64,000 nt of DNA, taken from the NCBI RefSeq assembly GCF_001194135.2, contig NC_068982.1:93969611-94033610 (forward strand), written 5' to 3'. How positions within the stretch are numbered: position 1 is the stretch's first letter; every line of letters begins with the position of its first letter. Positions 26,050 through 39,700 of this stretch are shown piece by piece. Origin of the DNA: Octopus bimaculoides (Eukaryota). The position numbers were made by a program, and so were the translations under genes. The notes under the pieces were generated by a model that ran no database searches, was not told the DNA's origin, and saw nothing but the letters and a program-made list of their open reading frames with translations.

Positions 26050-27800
26050 GCTTAAGACAACATTTTATAATTCTTGGACAACAGATGTTTTTCAAAGCTC
26101 ATGAGAAATCCACACGAAAATACCTCTTCCTGGAATACGCTCATGTGGACTGTTATTGTGTTTTTGCTCCACTAATGTACTTTGGGGCTATGTTTCACCT
26201 ACTATAACCCCCGTGCAATTCAGCTGCTCTTCCACCGCATCTCTACTGTATCTACCACCATAAACTCCATTCTAGTTACTTTTCTCAATTCTTTCTTCTA
26301 ACAATGCATCTCATTCATACCTTGTCGTTATCCATAGTTTCTTTAGATAAATAAGCTTAGATAGCTTCATATTAGACATTAACTGCATCGACTGCACCAG
26401 TCTTCAGTACCCTAATTTCCTCTGCTAAACATAGTTATCTCTGATGTACTGTCACGCTGCAAGCTAATGATTACTGTCTCTTTTCATGTGATTTCTCAAG
26501 GGTGTCTTTATTCTGTAAAACAAAAATGTTTTCCTTGTTGGACAATACTTCTATTAAGATAAATCGATTACTCTAATGAAAAATTTTGATAATAACACAT
26601 ATTTGCAGCTGACTCCTATTTCGGTTCTAAATTCTCGACATTCTTTGCGATTGCAGTCATATAAAACAGAGAATTCTTATAATATTCAGCAGTTTTCAAT
26701 GACCCTCATATTTTCATATAGTCTTTAGTAAGCCCTCACAATTTGCATTTTTAGATGCTTTCTGGAAATCGACGAAGTTCACGAAGATTATATTCTTTAT
26801 AACAACTTCACCACAGTGCAGTATATTTTCTGTTCAAAACCCTTTACTCTAGCAGGATTATGTTTTTCAAAACTTCTACATTTCTGTACACTTTACCATC
26901 AGTTAAAAAGTGAGTAACATAATTAATGATGAATGATATCTCATTAATTACAAAGTTGCTTCTATTGGAGAATTTCATATGATAATCCCTTAATGTCAGT
27001 TAGAAAATAACTACAACCACTGAGCTATATGTTACAGAAAACATTTAATATTCTTTGTAACACCTATCCACCTTATTTTAGAATCTTTGCATTTATTATA
27101 TAATTTCTTTGTGTTTTATTTATCTGCAGTTATTTTAATGTCACTACTATTTCATTCATTGTAATTCCTGTTTAACTAGCAACAGAGACCAGTAACTATT
27201 TTCCGAAATGCCAAACATCTCTGCACGCCATGATTTATATTGAAAAAGTTAGTCCAGCATTCAGCTTATTCCTATGGTGAAATTAGTATATTTCTAATAT
27301 TGTCTTCCAATTTTACACCATCTCCTGTCGCTCCTAACTATGTCCAACAGTTTAATTATATGATATTCCTAACATCATTTGAACGGTTGACTGTATAATA
27401 CAATGAGCAGGTGTCATTAAGTTTCAGATGCTCTGTGCTCTATTTATTTAATACGACGTTGAATGAATATTGTAGCCCTATGGAAGCAAACTTTCCAATA
27501 ATATTTTTCAAAGTTTAATCTCATGTAAACTTGGTTACATTAATAAGTGCAAATGAAACAGTAGTTTGTGCCATTTGCATGCACTATATTGCAAAACGTT
27601 TATGTATTCAATGCAGTTATTGTCAACGTATTAGTTAAATTTACACACTACACAATGCCAGGCGGTTTAGGATATAGCAATTTTCTCACGAGAATTCCAA
27701 GTTAGAATAAAGAATCTGCAGCTACACAATGAGCTTCTGCTGATCAACAAATACATCTGAAGTTCTGGAGTGTTGTTGTACCGTTAGTTATATTCCTCTT
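26050..27800 (-). mobile_element. Highly decayed RTE-clade LINE
   Basis: The minus strand gives IFVNFVDFQKA...KLLNIIRILC and FRTEIGV (RT domains 3-4), with weak APE similarity upstream. Confidence 0.55.
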
Positions 27801-27996
27801 TCAAAGAGCACTAATCTGATATGGGATTATCTGTAGCTTCAGATGCACGTGTATGTTTGTAATAAAGAAAACTTACATAAGTTGATTGTTGCATTGCAAC
27901 AGCTTCAGTAATATTTGATAACGTGTGCTCTCACACAAATACACACACTCACATATATACACACATGCATCTCTCTCACACTCTCTCTGAATATAA

Positions 27997-28043
<47 letters not shown>

Positions 28044-28951
28044 NNNNNNNNNNCATGCATGTATGTATGTATTTATGTATGTATGCATGTATGTATGTAT
28101 GCATGTATGTATGTATACATGCATGTATGTATGTATGTATGTATGTATGTATGTATGTATGTATGTATGTGCGTGTGTGTATGCGCATGTGTGTGTATGT
28201 TTGTGAATACGCATACAAATATCCTTGGTCAGTTATGCTATAAATGACCAAGGATAAGAAATATAATCATTATTGTATTTCTGTCAATTGAAATCCCTGA
28301 AAGAACAACCCGATGGCAATCTATCGTTTTCCATTTCTTTCGCGTATGATGCAATTCTGATTCAACCTCCTCTTCTCTTTCGATCTACTTACAATGTGCA
28401 TGTATACTGCTGCAGATTCATGTTTATTTCTTTTGCATACAAAAACGCTAACTTAAGCAAATTTCGTGTTCTCTTAAATGATCAATAAAATGCTACGATT
28501 TAATACTGAACTCGACTTCATTTGGAATGTTTTAAGCGTTCACAGATTTGTCACGTGCTTTAAAACCTATCATTACGGAAACAACGTTTTACAGCTTGGT
28601 TTTTATAGGCGCATGAAAAATATACAGATATTTATTGATATACATTTTCAGCAACGAATTAAATTTCCATGTGGCATCAAGAATAATTCCAACAAAAATG
28701 TAATAAATCTTGATTTCTTTATCCCATTTTAAGATTGCAGGTGTCTTGAATTACTTCTTCTCACATTAACATATTTCGAAAGACAATATTATGCCATGTA
28801 AACTCGATATAGACTTTCAGATGAATTTCTGAAGCAAATCGCACAACACATAAATATTTAATATATTCACACGCATATATACACATAGATATACGCATAC
28901 TAATTACACGTACATGTATATGAAATTATAAATGAGTATGTATGTATACTA

Positions 28952-28993
<42 letters not shown>

Positions 28994-30955
28994 TATTAAA
29001 TTATAAATGAGTATGTATGAGATTGTGGAAGTCTGTAGAAATGAGATGTCTGAAGGGAAAATAGATCAGAGAAAATGCTGAAAGTAAACGACAATCAGTA
29101 AAACAGTGAATGAGAGTTCATATTTATACAAAATATTTCTAACAAGTATATAGAATTCTATGTGCTACGATTCCCGTATATTTGACCAATAAGACCTTCG
29201 AAGCAAATTTCATTTGATTATCTGGTATCTTTCCATTGCAATATTCTCTTTTTCCTATACTTGTATCCGTAAACTTCAGTCAATTCTTGTATTCCCCACC
29301 TGCTATCAATCCTTAGACAATACACTTTATTTGCTTCTGAAAGAAGTCTTTCCTCGCTATAAGTACCTCTATATCTTCTATATCTATAGCGGATGGCACA
29401 TTTGGAGCTATGCCGAGACTTTTGTTCCTATACGTAGAAACAGCAAGCAATATATTTGCTGGTGTGTGCCGAGGCTTGCCCGTTAATTTTGTATATGTTT
29501 TCACAGTAAGAAGAATCAAAAATAAGATATGTCCAGTTATTATTGTAATAACTCTTCTTTGTCTGTTTGCGTGTTTCCAAAATTACTGGAAAACGGCTGA
29601 ACGGATTTTCACCGAATTAGGCAAAAATACTCATTGGGTGAGTGGCTCCAAATAATGAAAATTGGTTTGATTATCTTCAAACATACATAAAAACATACAT
29701 AGATATGCGACTGTGTGTGTGTGTCTGTGTGCTTGTGTGTGTGTGTGTGTGTTTGTGTGTGTGTGCGTGTGCGCGTATGTGTACAGTGATGAATTCGAAG
29801 GTTTCATTTATTTACGATTTGATTTCTTAATTTCCCCGGAGTATAAATACCTATAATGGTTAAACATTTCTCAATTTCTATGCAATATTTTCTATAAGTA
29901 TTTCATTTTATTCACTTTCTTTTTCATATGAATCGACCCTCATCTGTATGTATTTAGATCATGGTATATCTATGCGCGTAGACACGTATGGGTACATACA
30001 TAATAACTACATACATAGTAATGCGACTGTGTGTGTCTCCGTGTATGTGTGTGTTTGTGCGCGTGCGTGGGTACAGTGATGGATTCGGAGGTTTCGCTTA
30101 TTTACGAGTTGATCTCTTAATTTCACCGAAGTATAAATACCTATAATGATGATACTTAAAAAAAAAAAATCAATTCAATTAAAAAGCATGGGTAAGCGAC
30201 GCATTCTAAGCCACACTATAATTTGCGAGAAAATGTATCTGCGCGCAGGGTATGTATCGCTCCTCCGATGCCTTTTTTCTTTCATTCTTAACATGCCTCT
30301 TCGACACTAGAACGTGTAAGGCATTCGTAGCCAAGTTAACATGTAAGTTGGCTGAGTTAACATGTAAGTTGGCTCACGCGTGAACCCTTAAAGTATATCC
30401 CAAGAAAGAGAATCAGTGTGATCTCTGCTGTGATAAGGATGTAACTTTTGAATTACTAGATCAATCAAGCCAACAGGCGTTTGCACAGTATCCCTCTACC
30501 CAAAGTTGCTCGCAAGGTATGGGTCGATCAGAAAATGACTTTTACTTAAGACGTCAAGTAGTGGAATTGAACCCTGAAACGCAACACACAGACCACACGG
30601 AAATATACCTGGTACTACATAATTCTTTGAGTGAATAAATTGGCAGTGAATTGAGAAATGACTTACAAACAAAATATGTGTATGAGAATATTTTGATTTA
30701 GTCTTTGCTCGTATTTGGTGATGTACATTTATTGGTTATCGTAATATCATTGGAAATATTAACGATGCATACGGATATAATTAACTGGAAAATCCTTTAG
30801 CATTGTAACGGTCTACGTCGCGAAAAGAAGAAAACAAAACCAAAAGGGCGAGAAAGTAATTTTTTGCAGAAACATTAACATCTACAGCACACGTGAATTG
30901 TTTACATTTTTATGAAGACACACACACACACACACACACACACACATCTATGCGC

Positions 30956-31048
<93 letters not shown>

Positions 31049-31149
31049 TGTACATTATGTATGTATGTATGTATGTATGTATGTACGTATGTATGCATAT
31101 ATGTATGTTTGTATGTAAATACTTGTATTAACAGTGATTCAATTCTGCA

Positions 31150-31850
31150 TTATTAGAAATTTCTGATTATTCAGATATGATAATACTGGGTAAAAAGCAG
31201 TCACGGTTTCTGCATATGACCAACTGTCAGCAGATTATTTGTAAGGCTCATTTTTATAAGTAACTTCAGGTCACGTATAGGAGCAGGTAACTCGACGACT
31301 GCAGGTTGTAATAACGTCGGTCGGGCTGTTTCTAGATGGGATGGGGAAAAATTCAGGTGCAATATACGATGGAGTCTTTTTAATTCTTGTTAGAAATTCC
31401 AGTGAAATAACAAAATTCACTGACAACTAATGGCATAAAATTTGCTCACGGACATAACTGTCGGTGGTGGTTGTATAAATATTCAGTTTTCATGTGAAGA
31501 TTTCTGTAATGTAGCGTTGATATAGCTACAATTTCTTGTGCAGATAAACATGTCATCTCGCTCCGGATAAGAATGGGCATGGTGAGGAAATTCCAGATTT
31601 TTCTGGATAGCTCATTTCCCTAGTTCCGCTGCCTCTGGGAAAAATGAAACAACATGGTGAATTTCCCGTGTCACCTGATCTGGCAAAGTTTTTAAAACGA
31701 ATAAACTTAACCTTGAAATCATTGGTTATGAGTTCTGTATAGGTTTTCAGGATACCATCTGTGGGTAAAATTAATTCGTTAGACCCATGCTTTGGAAAAA
31801 AAAAGCAGGATCCCCTAACAGAATAGGTGGATTAATTTCAGTATTTTCAG
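31150..31850 (-). pseudogene. Gypsy-type LTR retrotransposon gag remnant
   Basis: The fragments INPPILLGDPAFFF, HVVSFFPEAAELG, LSAQEIV and DSYVREQIL resemble the PPFW..DP.LWF, YVVASL, LLSAEELG and DSFLRELFL motifs, in order. Confidence 0.5.
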
Positions 31851-32439
31851 GTAGCTTTCAGAGATAAGGCCTGTGTAGGTGTTTGTCATTTCTGTTGTAG
31901 AGTGCGTATTGGAAAACATGAGTAAATTGTCATAACGTTATGCACATTAAAAAGATTGCGGTATAAATCTGTGCTTTGGAAGTGTTCTCTAATTAGGGGA
32001 AAAATGTTTTTTTCGAAGAGATTCATGCGCCGAGGGGACGATTGGACCAAGTTATTTTTTTCTTTTCGCACTTTCTAGTTTTAGGCACTTCACATTCTGT
32101 AGGTAATCTACGTATTACCTTCTTAAGGACTATTTCTTCTGCGTGAAAATGTAAACGTGTACTTTCTAACTCTACAAAATTTTCGACATCACACATGAAC
32201 TCTCTCATTTTTTTTTACTCTTTTCCTCTACAACTGCTTCACATCAGATTGGGGACGCGTGCTTTGGCGCATTGTGAGCTGCTTCCTCATTTACCTGTTG
32301 ATGTTCAACTTATCCTTTTTCCATTAAATTATTCGTGGTCTATAATTCATTAAGGATACTTCACTTAGGTTTATTGTCTGTATGATGTTTTCTATATTCG
32401 ATTTTAATTTCAGAATTTTATTCTGCGAAAATAGTCGCT

Positions 32440-33110
32440 ACTGAGGTTTTCCTTCATTTCTATAATTTCGATTTAACCGTTTTCTAATGTTCTTAGATAT
32501 TTATGTTGTCCTTCTAAGATTAATGATTATATACTCTTATTTTTGGGTAGATTTATTCCAGTACTTTAATGGGTTTCCCACCTTCGTCCCTTTCATTGCA
32601 TATTTTTCGATTCTGAAAATCATCCCAATGTCGTTACTATGTACATTTACGATTTGCACTAAGGAGCCTATTCTTTGCCGATGACTTCTTCCTTAGTTTT
32701 GTTTACTATAGCCGATAAAGCGATCAGTACGATTACAAACAAGATGGGCGTGAGGCTATCCTATTGACAGATTCCTCTCCTGATCTGAATATCTATTAAC
32801 CTTTCCTCTCTTAATGCTATCTCTGTTCTCCAATGCCGTATTGTCTTTCCTAACACGCACCTAACCTTTCACCAGATTTTGAAAAGTTTTAAGCATTGCT
32901 TGATCCACGAATGTGTGACTATGTCGTATACATTTCTATAATCGAACCACAGGATGCATAAATTAGTTAATCTCTTTCTGCAGTTTCCAAAGATCATTTT
33001 GTTAATTACTAATTTGTTTTTCTTCTTCATGCTCTGGTTTCGACAGGCATTTTCTTCATCAAGCATTCGGTGTTTTTCGCATGAGTACTGACATACGTTT
33101 AATGCAACTA
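32440..33110 (-). mobile_element. R4/Dong-like LINE RT fragment (old)
   Basis: NLCILWFDYRNVYDIVTHSWIKQCLKLFKI and IVQIVNVHSNDIGMIFRIEK. Confidence 0.75.
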
Positions 33111-33149
33111 CCAAACAGGAGTCTCAACATAATTGGCACACACATAATT

Positions 33150-33340
33150 GGTCAGCGACCTGGCAAAATCGTAAGTGCGTCGGACAAAACGCTCAGCAGT
33201 ATTTCTTCCGGCTCTTTGCATCCAGAGTTCAAATTCCGCCGAGCGCAACTTTGCTTTTCATCCTTTCGGGGTCGATTATATAAGTGCCATTTAAGGAATG
33301 GAATCGATGAAATCTACTTTTTCACTAAAATTGCTGATCT
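33150..33340 (+). mobile_element. SINE family 1
   Basis: gagttcaaattccgccgag...tttgcttttcatcctttcggggtcgat. Confidence 0.75.
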
Positions 33341-33714
33341 TGGGCCAAAATCAGAAAGAGATTATTATTGTTATTGATCTGACTCAGGTTCAGTCTTATT
33401 CCTAGCGGGATTTATGTGGGAAACGGGTTACTTCCTGTAAGCTGAGGTATCTACTAACTTTCAACAGTTTTTCAAGTGCTTAGGACACTCCCGATAATCT
33501 TTCCTATCCCTAAGAGACAAACTTTCTGGAGAAGTTCTACAGGACATTCATTCCAATATCGTTCAACCATTTGTATATAATATAGATATAAATATAGTCT
33601 ATAATATAGTCAAAAATATAAACTCTATATCTTACCTTATAGTTCTCAATGCACAAATTATTATAGGCACAACCTTTACAGTTTTCTATTATAGGGAGAA
33701 TTATAAAAATAATA

Positions 33715-34490
33715 ATGTTTTCTTTATTGGTCACATGAGCCTACATAAAACACACAGGGACCCAAATACAAAGGCACAAACGGAGGGGGTTTACCGTGTA
33801 AACATATAAAACAATAACCAAAATGAACAATAAAATTAACCAATTACAATTCCCCAATAGGGGATGGGGGAAACTTCCATGGGAAAGCCGTGCAAACCCC
33901 CACAGAAAATCACGGTTTCCCTGACCACTTAGGCAAGTGCATCCTCTCTTTCTCTCTTACTCCACTCAGAAGCGCATGCTCAGAGCAGGCCCGTTCACAC
34001 AAACAATGCTCGTCACTATCATACACCTTTCAATAAATTTGCTAGAATGGAGCAACTCCCTCTCCACTCTGATCCGCCTGTAAAAGTTGATCAGAGATTG
34101 CTCAAGGAGGAAAGTGCCCGTCTTCAGCCCTTTCAGTCTTGTACACCACACAATCTCTTTCGCCATGGCCATCAGGCAGAAGAAAACAGCCCGGAGTTCC
34201 CGACCAAAGGAAGGGGGAAGAGCAATCTTAACAATAAACTCGGTTGAGAGCCGGACTTGTGCGACACGCGACAGCAAGTGTTCGACATAAACCCTCACGT
34301 CAGAAATTGTCGGGCACTGGGCGATTGGGTGCAGAACGGTTAAATCACTCTGTGCACATCTTGGGCAGCTCCGACTGACGGCACTTCCGTGCCTGTAGAG
34401 TTTATACCGAACCGCCAAAGCTCCCCGGTGGCATTGCCAAGCCAGGAATTTCTGGAACTTATCCATATACCCCGGCCCGGGAACCAACAA
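33715..34490 (-). mobile_element. Tx1/L1-clade LINE 3' end with 3' UTR
   Basis: The ORF KFLAWQCHRGALAVRYKL...CPRCAQSDLTVLHPIAQC...AKEIVWCTR carries an L1-type C-terminal zinc knuckle. A pyrimidine-rich UTR ends in CAATAAAGA. Confidence 0.85.
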
Positions 34491-35266
34491 TTTAAAAGAC
34501 CAAGAAGTATCAAGGGTGACCTAAAAAAGAATACTGAAAGCCTAATCATCGCTGCTCAGGACTAGGCGTTGAATACCAAGAATATATACCTTACAAGTGC
34601 AACAGACATCTGCAGAATGTGGTAAGAGGGTCGAAAGCGTGACTCACATTATTAGTGCTTGTGAAAGACTTGTGCAGAAAGAGTACAAGTGTAGACACGA
34701 CAAGGTAGACCAAAACCTCCACTGGTTACTATGCCGTAAGTAAAGATATGAGGTTATGGGTGCCTGGTGCCAACGTACACCGGAAAAAGTAATGGACGAA
34801 AAGGGGAAGGCAAAGATTCTCTGGGATTTTGACTTCCAGACAGACAAGGTATTAGATCACAGAAGGTCAGATGTAGTAATCTTTAGCAGGGACAAACAAG
34901 AGTGCCTAACAATTAACGTGGCAGTGCCAGGAGATCAACAGATCATCATGAAAAAAAAAGAGAAAAAGTTGATAAATATGGAGACATGAAAATTGAGATC
35001 GCTAAGATGTGGCAGTAACGAGAGTCAAACATAAAGGTTATCCATATTGCCATCGGAACATTGGGGTCAATACCACTGAATCTGAAAACTTTAGAAATAT
35101 CCTACAAACTAGGAGTATTGCAAAAGTCGGCAATACTTGGAACTGCACGCATATTGCGTAAAGTACTGTCTGTCTGAGGTCCTTATGACTTGATACACAG
35201 TACAATCCCCGGTAGACACAATATTTTCAATCAACAACTTCACGATATTGTATACTGTGCAACGTC
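34490..35266 (+). mobile_element. R4/Dong-like LINE 3' end (element C)
   Basis: TESLIIAAQD, a CCHC remnant, KILWDFDFQTDKVLDHRRSDVV and LQKSAILGTAHILRKVL. It ends in (TAA)n. Confidence 0.9.
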
Positions 35267-35334
<68 letters not shown>

Positions 35335-35483
35335 TAATGATGATGACGATGATGATGATGATAATAATTGCTATTATTATTATTATTATTACTTTTTCTT
35401 TCAATCCTTCTTCTTCTTCTTCTTCTTCTTCTTCTTCTTCTTCTTCTTCTTCTTCTTCTTCTTCTTCTTCTTCTTCTTCTTCT
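35267..35483. repeat. Compound trinucleotide microsatellite (TAA)n-(TGA)n-(TTA)n-(TTC)n
   Basis: Read directly; it lies between the converging 3' ends of elements C and B. Confidence 0.95.
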
Positions 35484-36689
35484 AAATTCATTAATAGTAG
35501 TGTCAGCTGTTCACTACCAGTGAACTAAGGTAACACCTCCTAGTTTTCGAGCACCTTCCGGAGTATTCGAGCGGTTCCGAGCAGTGCTGTTTTCTGCAAG
35601 TGCTCCACCCTTATTGCAGCCCCTATTTGTTCCACGTACTTCTCGAGATTTTTGCNNNNNNNNNNTGCTGTTTTCTGCAAGTGCTCCACCCTTATTGCAG
35701 CCCCTATTTGTTCCACGTACTTCTCGAGATTTTTGCTCACTGTTTCCAGGGCTCCGACAATTATTGGTACTACTGCTATCTTTTTTATCGACCACAACAG
35801 CTTAACTTCCCAAGCTGACCTGTCATATCTCTCGACTTTCCTTTGTTCCTTATCGCATACCTTGTTGTCAGCTGGGCATGCTATATCTATGATCAAGCGT
35901 AGCTTGTTTTCTTTCTCAATTAAGACTATGTCTGGCTCTCTATTCTCCATCTCATGGTCGCACTGAATCATAAAATCCCATGGGATCTTTGCATTTCCAT
36001 TTTTGAAGATGCCGTCAAGTTTGTAGTCGTATCAATTTTTTGCTCTGTCAAGTTGATACTTGTTGCAAAGTGTCCAATGGACAAGCCTGGATATATTGTC
36101 GTGGCGTCTCTTATATTCTTTCTGGGCTAGTGGCGTACATTGGCTGGTAATATGACATACGGTTTCGCCGTTTTATCCACAGATTCTGCACTTATCACTT
36201 TCTGCTGTTTTGTCTATTCTGCATTTTATGTAGTTTGTTCTTAGTGCTTGCTCTTGGGTAGCACAGATTAGAGCCATCTCTTTTCTCTGTCTGTCTTATC
36301 TTCAACATCCCTATGAAATTGACCATGCATTTTTCTTTACTCACCTATTTTCAGTTTCATTCGTTTTCAATTTCTTGTATAGTGCTTTATCTTTGCAATC
36401 TTTCACCGTACACAGGCCTGACCTACTTACTTCTAATAATAGCGGTTCTGTGGCATTTATTACATACCATGCTATGCTGTTTTCTTCTGCTCTAATGCTG
36501 TGTTCGCATCCAATAAGTCCTTTTCCCCCTCTTTTTCTTGGTACATACAGTCTGTCTGTGTCACTTTTTGGGTGGAGTTAGCAGCTTACTTGTCTTTCTG
36601 TCTAAGCTGTTTAGTTCGTCTAATGTCGACGCGAGTACTCCTGCCCCATATCTAAGGAGTGAAACCCCCAGGTGTTGATAGATTCGATC
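35484..36689 (-). mobile_element. R4/Dong-like LINE, 5'-truncated (element B)
   Basis: INTWGVSLLRYGAG...DRLYVPRKRGGKGLIG...CRICG..GETVCHITSQC...REPDIVLIEKENKLRLIIDIACPAD...GTARILRKVLEN*. It has a (GAA)n tail. Confidence 0.92.
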
Positions 36690-36762
<73 letters not shown>

Positions 36763-36785
36763 TATTATTATTATTATTATTATTT
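36690..36785. repeat. (TTA)n microsatellite: tail of element A and 5' flank of element B
   Basis: Read directly from the sequence. Confidence 0.95.
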
Positions 36786-39700
36786 TCATATACACTCAAC
36801 AGATTAGACTGTTGGAAAAGAAAAGAATCCTAACATCGGGCTACAAGAAGTAGCCTTAGATGCCAAGAACCCTCCTAATGGGTTACAATAAGTAAGCTTA
36901 AATGCCAAGAATCCTCCTAAGTATCCTATCTGTCCCTAATAACACTGTTTTCTGGAGCTGTATTAGACTGGGTTTTATGCCTATTTTCTCTATCCATCTG
37001 TTCAGATATTTAGGGATAGTTCCTAATGCACCTATAACTACTGGGATGCATTTTACCTGCACTTTCCGTAGTCCCTGTAATTCAATAGCTAAGTCCTGGA
37101 ACTTTGCTATTTTTTCTATACCTCTCATATTACTTTTTTCATCATTTGGGAATGTAAAGTCATTTATTTGGCATTTTCTATTCTCTTTATCTACTACTAC
37201 CAAATCAGGCCTTCTAGCTTCTATTACTCTGTCAGTCTGAATGTTAAAGTCCCACAACATCTTGTATTTCTTACTTTGTAGTACTTTACTAGTTTCATGT
37301 TCATAACATTTATCAGTATGTTCAAATCCTAGCTTTCTACATAACTCCCAGTAGATTGCTCTCTCTGATTGTCATCTCTTTTCTTCTATTCTTTCTGTGC
37401 CAGCATGCTACATTTACTTACTATATAAGCAACGCTTTCCTCTTTTGATTTGCATACCCTACATTGGGAATCTACTTGGTTTTTATCTATCTAGGCGTTT
37501 ATCCAATTAGTCTTTAATTCTTGATCTTATACAGCTACCAACAAACTTTCTGTCTCCCTCTTCAGCTTTCCTTTCTGCAGCCACAACCATATCTCACTAC
37601 TACTATTTGCTGCAGCTATCTTTGGAAATCTACCATGCAATGTCCTTCTTCTCCTGCCAATCAGATAAGTTCTATTCTTTTTTTCTGCTTTTTAACTTCG
37701 TTTGGGTTTTTGGTTTCTCTATGTCTTGCTGTGACTCTAGCAGCTTTTAATAAACTTTATTCACTGTTACCTACATAGAAATCTATATCTACTCTCGCTA
37801 GATCCACGCAATCTTCTACTGATATTAACCCTCCTCTGCCTTCCTTTCTAGGTAGGTACAATCTTGCTACTCCTACCCTTGGGTGGCGTCCTCCATTCAT
37901 ATTGAATTCCTTTCTAGTTCTTCTGTCTAGCTTTGCTAATTCAGTTTTTGTCCGATTTACAAAAGCTGCTGAGTATCTAAGTATTATAATGCCCAAGTAT
38001 TTACAGCCTTCACTAGATTCGGACCATTTAGTTTTGACTTCATTAGTTTCCCCACCCTTTTGATGTACTCCTTCTCAACTTTCGTTTACATTTCTGTAGT
38101 TAGTACTCTAGATACGTATAACTCTCTCCTCCTTTGAATGATTTTAATATCTTACCATCTGGTAATTGGATGCCATTGCTGTTGACTACCTGTCCTCTTC
38201 TTATAACTAATATTGCACACGTATCTATGCCAAATTCCATGCTTATATCTTTGCTGAAGAGTCTCACAGGTTGTATTAAGTGTTGTATAGCGAAACTGTG
38301 CATCCCATCCTGGTAAAAAGTGATAGTAACTAAGCCATTATAATTAGACCAGTAGCCGGTCGACAGGAGAAGTTCAGAAGATCGAGAGTACTTGTAGACT
38401 ATGTTGATAGTCGTGTCTATGCTGATATAGTAATTATACTGTGATACTGAGTGAACGTTATAACGATCCTATTTTTTGAGGATAATAGCACTGTACAACT
38501 GGGGCTCGTACCGTACCAGATAGAACCATTCTATCGACGACTTCGACTTTAGAATATAACAATATTTGTCAAAGCGTCAACCGCCGTCAAAAGACAGATA
38601 CAACAGTGGCAAAAGACCGCTTTACAACATTAGGGAATCTATCTCTTTTTCATTCTTACTAAAAAGCTTCAGGTCATCCATGTAGAGCAAATGGTTAATT
38701 TTTCTGTTACTGTTTCTGAAATGATATCCTGCCTTTTCCTGCTTTAATACTAAACTGAGGGGATCAAACATGAGACAAATTTTAAAGAGGACAACGAGTC
38801 TCCCTGGAAAATTCCTCTTTTCATATTAATTTTCCCTAAGAGCGTGTCACCTGAGTAAAGATCTACTTTCCATTTCTTCATGCTACAGCTAATTAATTCT
38901 CTTATGTTGTATGCTATACTGAATATACTCAAACATTCCCTTATCAATGAGTGTAGGATCATGGCATAGACTTTCCTGTAAGCTATCCATGCTATTGTTA
39001 GATTTTTCTTTCTAGAGTTTACTTCATTTAGAACTGCTTTGTAGTTCTAAATATAATAGATCATGCGTTCCTCTAAATATAAATGTAGTTCTAAATATAA
39101 TAGATCATGCGTTCCTCTAGCATTCTTCCTGCAACCTTTTTGTTCTTCTAGTAGTAAATTCTGGTTGTCGAGGTGCTCGAAAATGCTTTCTGAAAGCACT
39201 GCTGTTAACAGCTTCCACACTAATGGTAAGCAAGTGATTGGTCTATAGTTGCTAGCTGTATCACCTTTGCTCTTATCTTTCATAATGAGTATTGTTCTCC
39301 CTCTAGTCATCCAAGCTAGTATCATTCCTCCATTAAAGCAATCCTGAAGTTGTTCCCTCAGCCTCCCATTTAAACTACTGAATTTCTTTAGCCAATACCT
39401 TTGAACTAAATCTGTTCCTGGGCCCTTGCCCTTCTAATGCGGCATTTTTCTAACACTTTACTCATTAATGCACTAGTTAATCTTAGATCTGGTTGCTTCT
39501 CACTCACTACTTCTTCCCTCACTTTCTTTAACCATACGGCATCCCCATTATAATTGACTGGCTTATCTCAAGTATTACTCCAGAACTTTCTAGCTTCTTC
39601 TGCATTAGGTTTCTTATCTTTAGAATTTCGTTCTCCAGTATTTATTTGGTCATAAGATCTCCTCTGATCTATCTCAAATAATCTATTCTGTTGATACTGA

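Noticed and set aside
30334-30375. CRISPR-like or iteron-like repeat (agttaacatgtaagttggct twice)
   Set aside because: There are only two adjacent units and no spacers, in a eukaryotic context.
35584-35735. About 70-bp direct duplication inside element B
   Set aside because: The two copies flank a 10-N gap exactly, so this is a contig-overlap artefact.
39041-39119. Short tandem duplication in the RT of element A
   Set aside because: It is an ordinary slippage or assembly duplication with no further significance.
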